Positions 30,421 through 39,632 of a DNA stretch of 39,632 bases are shown piece after piece. Under the pieces are notes generated by a model. That model had not been told where the DNA came from and did not search any database. It saw only the letters and a list, made by a program, of their open reading frames with translations. The first letter of the stretch is position 1. Each line of letters starts with the position of its first letter. Origin of the DNA: Microcystaceae cyanobacterium. GTDB taxonomy: Bacteria > Cyanobacteriota > Cyanobacteriia > Cyanobacteriales > Microcystaceae. The translations under genes and the position numbers were made by a program. The stretch covers positions 1 to 39,632 of the forward strand of contig JBGTGT010000049.1 of the NCBI GenBank assembly GCA_041746575.1, in the 5' to 3' direction.

Positions 30421-31773
30421 ATGAATTCCTTAACCTCACTTCCCTCTCCTAGACTGGATGATCTGACCCCTCAATTGCTAGCGAGCTATTTTGAAAATGC
30501 TTGGCAACTCGAAGATACCTTATTGCAAAGTATTCCGTCTGCAGAAACCTTTTATTTAAATCCCGACAAGCTAAGAAATCCTCTTATTTTTTACCTCGGC
30601 CATTCTGTCGTTTTTTATATTAATAAACTCATCCAAGTGGGTCTGTTAACCTCAAGAATTAATCCAGAATATGAAATCCTATTCGAGATAGGCGTTGACC
30701 CTGAAACTCCTGAAGAATTAGACTCGGCAATTCAACATATTAACTGGCCATCTATTGAACAAGTGTGGCAATATCGAGAGAAAATTTTTCCCCTTCTTAA
30801 AACCGTTATTGCTACAATCTCTATGGACTATCCCATTACTCAAGATCATCCTATTTGGGCGATATTAATGGGAATTGAACACCAAAGAATTCATATTGAA
30901 ACCTCTTCAATGTTGATTCGTCAGTTACCCGTTGATCAGGTAAAGCGTCCAGACTGTTGGCAAGATTCACCCCGTTATTCCCAACCTTTTAAATCACAAA
31001 TGGTTGAAATCCAAGGCGGAAAGGTTAGTCTAGGTAAACCTCAAGATTTTCCTTTATATGGATGGGATAGTGAATATGGACAGATTGAAAGAGACGTTCC
31101 TTCATTTCGGGCGAGTAACTTTTTAATTACCCATCAAGATTATCTCGAATTTGTCACCGATGGAGGCTATAAAAACCCTGATTATTGGACGGCTTTATCA
31201 TGGCAATGGAAACAGCAAAATAATTCTCATCATCCAAAATTTTGGTTGCTTCAAGATAACAACTATTTCTATCGGTCATTATTTGAGTGGATTCCTTTAC
31301 CCCTTGATTGGCCCGTTGAAGTGAATTATTATGAAGCGATGGCTTATTGTCGTTGGCAAGGGTCAACATTTCGCCTGATGACAGAAGCAGAATGGCTACT
31401 CGCTACTTATAATAGCCAAGATAATTTCGATTGTTTAAATCCTCAAGATACGACCCCTTATAATCTTAATTTAAGATGGGGATCTCCGAGTCCTGTTGGC
31501 ATGGCTGAAAATGCTCAGAATCCTCTTCAATTGTACGATCTCAGAGGTAATGTTTGGCAATGGTTAGAAACAACTTTTGAACCGTTTCCTCAATTTCAAC
31601 CCCATCCTCTTTATTCCGACTTTTCGCAACCTTTTTTTGATAATCAGCATAAAATGATGGTAGGAGGCTCATGGATAACACAGGGAACACAAGCATTAAG
31701 ATTTTACCGTAATTGGTTTCGTCCCTATTTTTATCAACACGCCGGTTTTAGACTGGCTCAAAGTATTCATTAA
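30421..31773 (+). CDS. Short OvoA-like non-heme iron sulfoxide synthase (DinB-like plus FGE-sulfatase domains, no methyltransferase domain)
   Basis: OvoA-type motifs LRNPLIFYLGH, FYINKL, IGVDP, EHQRIHIETSSMLIRQLP (HxxxH), RGNVWQW, GGSW and FYQHAGFR. The 450-aa protein ends right after GFR. Confidence 0.88.
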   Translation: MNSLTSLPSPRLDDLTPQLLASYFENAWQLEDTLLQSIPSAETFYLNPDKLRNPLIFYLGHSVVFYINKLIQVGLLTSRINPEYEILFEIGVDPETPEELDSAIQHINWPSIEQVWQYREKIFPLLKTVIATISMDYPITQDHPIWAILMGIEHQRIHIETSSMLIRQLPVDQVKRPDCWQDSPRYSQPFKSQMVEIQGGKVSLGKPQDFPLYGWDSEYGQIERDVPSFRASNFLITHQDYLEFVTDGGYKNPDYWTALSWQWKQQNNSHHPKFWLLQDNNYFYRSLFEWIPLPLDWPVEVNYYEAMAYCRWQGSTFRLMTEAEWLLATYNSQDNFDCLNPQDTTPYNLNLRWGSPSPVGMAENAQNPLQLYDLRGNVWQWLETTFEPFPQFQPHPLYSDFSQPFFDNQHKMMVGGSWITQGTQALRFYRNWFRPYFYQHAGFRLAQSIH

Positions 31774-31854
31774 TCTACTCGTATTATTTAGTTTAAACGA
31801 ATGGTATTTCTTTTGTTTTTTCTTATTTTTTAATCTTAATAAACAGCCTATAAT

Positions 31855-32991
31855 ATGTTAAATCGTCGTGCTTTTTTATATGCTAGCGGTAGTCTTGGAC
31901 TCTCCTATCTTCTTTCAGGGTGCAGTCCACAAAATACAGATTTAGATGTGACCTTATTACAAAGTTCAATTCCTTTACAATTGCTTTCAAAATTCCGTCA
32001 ATCCATCGCTAAAAATAAAACGACTACATTTCATCCGGAAAGCCAGTTAAGTGCTTTTTATAAATACTTAAACATCTGGCAACAAGAACCCCCAAAATCT
32101 TCTGCTGTACCTCGTTGGTTACCTTTTGCATCTCAAACCCCTCAAAAGTTGCCTCACTTGATTACACTAGGGAATTTTTGGTTAAATAGTGCTATTGATA
32201 ATCGACTGATTGATCCTTTACCCCTGAATCAGTTATCAGAGTGGCAGCACTTACCACCAATTTGGCAACAATTAGTGACTTATAATGATAAGCTATGGGC
32301 GGCTCCCTATCGTTGGGGAACAACCGTCATTGCCTATCGTCGGGACAAATTCAAAGCCTTAGATTGGACTCCTCAAGACTGGTCAGATTTGTGGAGACCA
32401 GAGATTAAAGGATTAATTTCTGTCATTGATCAACCGCGTGAGATTATTGGTTTGACCCTCAAAAAATTAGGTTATTCTTATAATACCAAAAACCCCGATC
32501 AAATTCCTCAGCTTAAGACAGAACTTCAGGACTTAAACCAACAAATTAAGTATTATAGTTCTCAATACTATTTACATCCCTTTAGTTTAGGCGATGCTTG
32601 GGTAACAGTGGGATGGTCGAATGAAATTTTACCTTTAGCAAAAAGCAATGAAAATATTGCAGTGGTCATCCCTTCTTCGGGTACGGCGATCTGGGCTGAT
32701 TTATGGGTGCAACCTGCTCGTAAAGACAATGATGAACCTCACCCCCTAAGTTTAGAGTGGATTAACTTTTGTTGGCAACCGTTAGGGGCAAATTTGATTT
32801 CTTTATTCACCAATGGTATTTCACCCATAAAGGTAACGCTGAAACCTAAAGAGAATCAAAAAGATTCCCTTCATAATCTCTACGCGAATCTTCCATCCGA
32901 TGTCCTCAAAAAATCTGAATTTATTGACCCCCTTTCCCCTAAAATTCAACAGACTTATCGAAGTTTATGGGAAGAAATGCGAAAAAGTTGA
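31855..32991 (+). CDS. ABC-type solute-binding lipoprotein, PotD/PotF-like
   Basis: Tat-like NRRAFL plus lipobox LSGC; APYRWGTTVIAY, DWSDLWRPE and GTAIWADLW. Confidence 0.82.
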   Translation: MLNRRAFLYASGSLGLSYLLSGCSPQNTDLDVTLLQSSIPLQLLSKFRQSIAKNKTTTFHPESQLSAFYKYLNIWQQEPPKSSAVPRWLPFASQTPQKLPHLITLGNFWLNSAIDNRLIDPLPLNQLSEWQHLPPIWQQLVTYNDKLWAAPYRWGTTVIAYRRDKFKALDWTPQDWSDLWRPEIKGLISVIDQPREIIGLTLKKLGYSYNTKNPDQIPQLKTELQDLNQQIKYYSSQYYLHPFSLGDAWVTVGWSNEILPLAKSNENIAVVIPSSGTAIWADLWVQPARKDNDEPHPLSLEWINFCWQPLGANLISLFTNGISPIKVTLKPKENQKDSLHNLYANLPSDVLKKSEFIDPLSPKIQQTYRSLWEEMRKS

Positions 32992-33029
32992 GGACGAATT
33001 TAATGACGGTCAAACGGCGTTGATGAGTG

Positions 33030-33222
33030 AGTAGTGGATCTGTTAGAAAGGAAGAGTCAACGAAAAATACTCAACAACATAAAATGCCCTCAGTGCCACT
33101 CTTCCCATTATCGCAAAGATGGCTATCAAAAGGGAAAACAAAGATTGGAATGTAAGGATTGTAGTCGCCTCTTCCGTTCAGCTTATACCTCCCCGTATCG
33201 AAGTTATCCCGATTTTTCATAG
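33030..33222 (+). mobile_element. IS1-family remnant (InsA-type zinc ribbon only)
   Basis: IKCPQCHSSHYRKDGYQKGKQRLECKDCSRLF...YP. AGTAGTGGATC at 33030 resembles a degenerate GGTAGTG left end. No InsB/DDE part follows. Confidence 0.65.
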
Positions 33223-33600
33223 GGATAAATTTGAGAAATCTACGTTAAAAAAGCTACTAAAGTTTGATCAAAAGCATCAAATCTTAGGTCTAAGATAGAG
33301 TAACGGCTTCGTACTGGTCGATCTAAAATTAAATGGACATCGGAGCGATCGCTAAATTGTTGAATTGAGATCAAATATTAATAGGTTGACTTTATTTGAT
33401 GTTCGTCTAACCAAGTATCTCGATGCAAAATTAATAAGGCAAAGTTACCACTTATACGAATAAATTATGTTTATTGGCATAACGGTTAAGAAAATAGAGA
33501 GTAAAAAATATTATGTGGCTTAAATAAGTAAAGTAAATTGTAATTCTCTGTTTAAAATCTTAAATTCTTGTATTGTATCCAACTAAAAATTACAGTAAAT

Positions 33601-35640
<2,040 letters not shown>

Positions 35641-35757
35641 TTATGGCTAGAGGATTTAATGCGTTTATTTTATCATTTTCGTTTTTGATGATCATCTTGC
35701 TTTTTGTCTCGTTTTTGTTTTAACTTGAGGAATCACTCCTGACGAAAAGGTTATTTA

Positions 35758-36219
35758 ATGATGGCTAAATCTTTACAAGTGGGCGATCCTGCTCCTGCCT
35801 TTACTGTACCCAATCAAGAAGGTAATCCCTTTAATATGGCTGATTTATTGGGTAAAAAACCAATTATTCTCTATTTTTACCCTAAAGATGGCACCCCCGG
35901 TTGTACGGCTGAATCTTGCGCCTTTCGAGATAATTATACTCTTTTTCAAGAAGAAGGGGCTGAAGTGATTGGCATCAGCGGGGATACGCCGGATTCTCAT
36001 CAACAATTTGTCCGTAAGTATCAACTCCCTTTCACCCTTTTAAGCGATACCAACAATAAAGTGAGAAAGCTTTATGGCGTCCCTGCGACCTTATTTATGC
36101 TACCGGGACGAGTAACCTATGTTATTGATAAAGAGGGAATTATACGACATATTTTTAACTCTCAACTTAATTTTAAGGGTCATGTGCAGACTTCTCTGAC
36201 GGCATTAGCGGGCAAGTAA
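35758..36219 (+). CDS. bcp: Peroxiredoxin Q / bacterioferritin comigratory protein
   Basis: YFYPKDGTPGCTAESCAFRD (PxxxTxxC with CxxxxC), GRVTYVIDKEG. Confidence 0.92.
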   Translation: MMAKSLQVGDPAPAFTVPNQEGNPFNMADLLGKKPIILYFYPKDGTPGCTAESCAFRDNYTLFQEEGAEVIGISGDTPDSHQQFVRKYQLPFTLLSDTNNKVRKLYGVPATLFMLPGRVTYVIDKEGIIRHIFNSQLNFKGHVQTSLTALAGK

Positions 36220-36309
36220 TGTTGCATTCATGGGAGTTGAGGGGTTTCTCTTCGTGCTATATAGTTAAGCCATTAAATTGTTAAGGGAATCTCTTTGAGG
36301 AGAAAAATA

Positions 36310-37218
36310 ATGTTATTACCCAACTTCGTCATTATGGGCGTTCAAAAAGCAGGAACAACATCTATTTATAACTATCTAAAACAACATCCTCAGATATATA
36401 TGAGTCCTGTCAAGGAACCTCATTTTTTACAAGATGACTGGCAAACAGAGAATGCTGACGAAGTATCTAATCTTAAAAAGAAGAAAAAGGTAAAGGTTAC
36501 CACTTTAGAAGATTATGCCCAATTATTTGCTAACGTTACCGATGAAATTGCTATTGGTGAAGCGTCTCCAAACTGTCTTTTGCACCATCGAACCTCTATT
36601 CCTCAAATCTTAAAGTATATTCCGACAGCCAAACTCATTGCGATTCTGCGTAATCCGGTAGATCGAGCTTATTCTGATTATTTAATGAATGCTCGTGAAG
36701 GCAAAAAAACAACCCAACTGATGGTGCAAGCAAAGGAGCGTTCTCAAGAATCCCATGTTATTCGCAAAGGATTTTACTACGAAGCTTTACAAGATTTCTA
36801 TGCTCATTTTGATCTGCAACAAATTAAAGTTTTTTTATATGATGACTTACAAAAAGATTCCGTTCATTTTATGCAAGAAATGTATCATTTTTTAGAGGTT
36901 GACGCAACTTATAGTCCCGATATTCATCGTGTTTCTCAAAAAGGACAAGTTCCCAAAAATAAAGCGGTTAATCGATTTTTTAAACAACCCAATACTTTAC
37001 GGTTATCTACCGCTAATACCCTTAAACAAATCTTGCCAAATCGGCCATTACGGAACTTTAAGAAATTTTTAATCAATTTGAATATGGAGAGTAAAGATCA
37101 GCATCCTTTATCTCAGGCAGAACGGCAAGTATTATTAGATCTTTATCGTCCTGATATTATTAAATTGCAAGATTTAATTCAACGGGATTTATCGGCATGG
37201 CTAGATGCGTCGAATTAA
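36310..37218 (+). CDS. PAPS-dependent sulfotransferase
   Basis: GVQKAGTTS (5'-PSB), KEPHF, GEASP and ILRNPVDRAYS (3'-PB). ATG 36310 is preferred over TTG 36295. Confidence 0.88.
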   Translation: MLLPNFVIMGVQKAGTTSIYNYLKQHPQIYMSPVKEPHFLQDDWQTENADEVSNLKKKKKVKVTTLEDYAQLFANVTDEIAIGEASPNCLLHHRTSIPQILKYIPTAKLIAILRNPVDRAYSDYLMNAREGKKTTQLMVQAKERSQESHVIRKGFYYEALQDFYAHFDLQQIKVFLYDDLQKDSVHFMQEMYHFLEVDATYSPDIHRVSQKGQVPKNKAVNRFFKQPNTLRLSTANTLKQILPNRPLRNFKKFLINLNMESKDQHPLSQAERQVLLDLYRPDIIKLQDLIQRDLSAWLDASN

Positions 37219-37225
37219 GTTTCTC

Positions 37226-38755
37226 TCAGCGATCGCTTTCGGTAGGTTGGAATACTTCATAACCAAACAAATTAGGGTTAATTTCCGTCATTTTTAGGTC
37301 TGTTAGCCCGTATTCTGCCCAACGTCGGGATACCTGTGCGGCTACATCCGAGTCGGATTCTAATACTTCTCCCCATTCATGGTTCGTTTCAGGGTACAGT
37401 TTCGTGGTGGCATCAATCCCCATTCTTCCGCCTAAACCGACCTTTTCGCTGGCAAAATCAAGGGTATCGAAGGGAGTTTCGGGTAATATAAAGACATCTC
37501 TGACGGGATCAACCTTAGAACTAATCGCCCATACCACTTGACGGGGATCTCGGATATTAATCGCTTGATCCACGACAATGACAAATTTGGTATAAGTAAA
37601 CTGGGGTAAGGCACTCCAAAAGGCTAACGCCGCCCGTCTAGCTTGACCAGGATAAGCTTTATCAATGGATATAATCGCCGCCTTGTAGCTTAAGGCTTCC
37701 ATCGGTAAGAAAAAGTCGGTAATTTCGCTCACTTGTTGCCGTAAAATGGGGGTATAAATTCGATTAAGGGCGATCGCCATCATCGCTTCTTCTTTGGGAG
37801 GACGACCGCTAAATGTGGTTAAATAAAGGGGATTTTGACGATGGGTGAGACAATGGAAGCGAATCAAAGGAGAATCTTCTACGCCTCCGTAATATCCCAT
37901 GTGATCGCCGAAAGGCCCATCAGGTAACATTTCACCGGGGGTAATTGTTCCTTCTAAGACAAATTCGGCATCGGCAGGAACTTCGAGATCAAGGGTTTTG
38001 CATTTCGCTAATGATATCCCTGAGCCTCCATACAATCCCGCAAATAGCCACTCAGATAAGTCCACAGGAATAGGAGTCGCCGCAGCCATAATAATCAGTG
38101 GATCAACCCCTAAAGCAATAGCAATTTCTAGTTTTTTGCCATTTTCAGCCGCTTTTCGTAAATGTCTCGCTCCCCCTCGGACAGATAACCAATGTACTGT
38201 CATGGTATTGTTGGACTGAAGTTGCAGACGATATACCCCCACATTTGGCGTTCCTGTCTCGTAATCTTTCGTAATTACTAAACCAAGAGTGATAATGCGA
38301 CCAGCATCCCCCGGATAGGGGCGAATCAACGGCAAGGTGTTTAAATCGAGGTTATTCTCTTCGATTACTATTTGTTGACAAGAGGGAAAGAAATTGCGCC
38401 CGGGTTTTGCCTTAAGGACATCAAACAGAACTTTACCAAAATCTATGGCTTGAGAAAGCTTCTTCGGGGGTTTAGGTTGCTGTAATAAGGCTAATTTTCG
38501 CCCCAAGTCTTCTAATTGTTGCGGTTTTTCCATATTCATCGCCCAACAAACCCGTTCAACGGTTCCCATCAAGTTCACAGCGACAGGAAAGGATGCGCCT
38601 TTAATATTTTCAAATAGCAAGGCAGGGCCGCCTGCTTGTAACATTCGATTGGCAATTTCTGCTACTTCTAAATCCCTATCAACTAAGGCTTTTATTCGGC
38701 GTAATTGTCCTCGTTCTTCTAAAAGTTGCATAAATCCGCGTAAGTCTCTGGCCAT
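37226..38755 (-). CDS. ubiD: UbiD-family prFMN-dependent decarboxylase (probably plastoquinone biosynthesis)
   Basis: GGPALLFEN, NVGVYRLQ, EFVLEG, DGPFGDHMGYY, GRPPKEE and RMGIDAT. Confidence 0.93.
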   Translation of the reverse strand: MARDLRGFMQLLEERGQLRRIKALVDRDLEVAEIANRMLQAGGPALLFENIKGASFPVAVNLMGTVERVCWAMNMEKPQQLEDLGRKLALLQQPKPPKKLSQAIDFGKVLFDVLKAKPGRNFFPSCQQIVIEENNLDLNTLPLIRPYPGDAGRIITLGLVITKDYETGTPNVGVYRLQLQSNNTMTVHWLSVRGGARHLRKAAENGKKLEIAIALGVDPLIIMAAATPIPVDLSEWLFAGLYGGSGISLAKCKTLDLEVPADAEFVLEGTITPGEMLPDGPFGDHMGYYGGVEDSPLIRFHCLTHRQNPLYLTTFSGRPPKEEAMMAIALNRIYTPILRQQVSEITDFFLPMEALSYKAAIISIDKAYPGQARRAALAFWSALPQFTYTKFVIVVDQAINIRDPRQVVWAISSKVDPVRDVFILPETPFDTLDFASEKVGLGGRMGIDATTKLYPETNHEWGEVLESDSDVAAQVSRRWAEYGLTDLKMTEINPNLFGYEVFQPTESDR

Positions 38756-38778
38756 GATTAATTGATTAGAAAAAGTGC

Positions 38779-38797
38779 AGTAATGATTATGATTATA
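38779..38797 (-). promoter_or_regulatory. -10 box overlapped by a Fur-family-like box upstream of ubiD
   Basis: Minus strand TATAATCATAATCATTACT matches 15/19 of GATAATGATAATCATTATC and begins with TATAAT; 24-42 nt upstream of the ATG. Confidence 0.35.
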
Positions 38798-39216
38798 CCG
38801 CTTTTTGTTTTTTTAGTTTCTTGGTTTTGTAATGTTAGAATTAAAAGAATATCACGATATGAACTTGAAGTTGCTTAAGAAATGTTGATTGACTGCGATG
38901 TCTTCTTCTTTGGTTAAAGGCTGAAACTCTTCAATTTTAAATACATTATTAATGAATTATTTTATTAATAAACCCAATTAGAAAGAGTGATGGAAGAAGT
39001 GATATTGCTCGTCTTTCCCCATCCTGAAACAACATCAGTGAATGTTAATAATAAATACTGTGCAAAAAATCTAAAGTTAGAGGGGGCGAATTTACTGCGA
39101 AGTCAAAGAAATTTCAGCGAACGCGATCGCACTATCCTGTATGTCTTTTGAACAGGAAATCTAAGTACAAAAAAAATAGCAATGGCAATAGACAAGATTA
39201 CGCTAATTTGTTCTAA

Positions 39217-39606
39217 TGGGACTTAAACGATAACAAGAGTAAAATTAGGGTATAATCGTTATCAGATCATAATTTCACGTCGAGACAACCCCCGCAGTCA
39301 TGCCACCCTGCTTTGAAAAATGGTGTCAGTGTTTCGATGATTGCTTCTCAACTAAAGCTCAGAAAACTGGGTTTAGAAATTACCTAGTCGGATTATTAGG
39401 AGAAAGTGAGCGGAAAAACCTGACTCAAATGGCTGATAACGCAGTTGGAGTAGTTTATAACCGATTACATCACTTCTTGACCGAAGCTCCTTGGGAAGCC
39501 ACGAACATCAATGAACGTCGCTTACCGGTAATGAACAAATGTTCTCAAACCCGAATCAGTAGAGGTTTTTCCTTGATTGTCGATGATTCAGGACATCGGA
39601 AAAGTG
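39217..39606 (+). mobile_element. IS701-family element, left end and 5' part of the transposase
   Basis: From ATG 39300: MPPCFEKWCQCFDDCFSTKAQKTGFRNYLVGLLGESERKNLTQMA...RLHHFLTEAPW...FSLIVDDSGHRKS (first catalytic D). CTAA (YTAR-type target, 39213-39216) precedes TGGGACTTAA, the candidate left end. TATAAT at 39251. Confidence 0.85.
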
Positions 39607-39632
39607 GTGCGACCCCGCGCCGTCGTACGGAC
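39607..39632 (+). other. Candidate 5' end of a group II intron inserted in the IS701 transposase
   Basis: Transposase similarity stops at ...CGG AAA AGT G, and the sequence continues GTGCGACCCCGCGCCGTCGTACGGAC (GUGYG 5' consensus, 20/26 GC). Only 26 nt are visible. Confidence 0.45.

Noticed and set aside
31855..32991. Solute-binding protein as an ergothioneine transporter linked to the egtD locus
   Set aside because: Motifs are PotD/PotF-like rather than the betaine-type binding domain of EgtU; no permease is present; adjacency alone is weak evidence.
38800..39212. Possible pseudogene in the AT-rich spacer between ubiD and IS701
   Set aside because: Only short interrupted frames with no family motif I can recognise.

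Overview
Chromosomal DNA of an AT-rich cyanobacterium, probably a unicellular Chroococcales (inferred from frequent HIP1 GCGATCGC palindromes and cyanobacterial-type secA, thiC, pyrF-pyrE and ubiD). Both ends lie in IS debris, so the window may be a whole contig. Most of it is housekeeping: ccdA, purU, a Gld-like four-gene ABC module, a site-2 protease, secA, pyrF-pyrE, TPP riboswitch-thiC, sppA, aroH, exbBD, ligA, bcp and ubiD. Accessory items: (1) a nested IS701/IS1/IS630 remnant cluster at the left end; (2) an AAC(6')-I-like acetyltransferase; (3) a GC-rich, probably imported 1409-aa CheB-CheR-coiled-coil-PAS-hybrid kinase (MAC1-type) followed by a tiny GST gene relic with a 5-bp duplication; (4) egtD plus a short OvoA-like sulfoxide synthase (ergothioneine route); (5) a frameshifted sulfotransferase between sppA and aroH; (6) an IS701 transposase at the right end that switches abruptly into a GC-rich GTGCG-starting sequence, possibly the 5' end of a group II intron. 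A perfect HLR1 (RpaB) site overlaps the protease promoter. No CRISPR array, rRNA or tRNA was seen. All calls come from motif recognition by eye, with no database searches.
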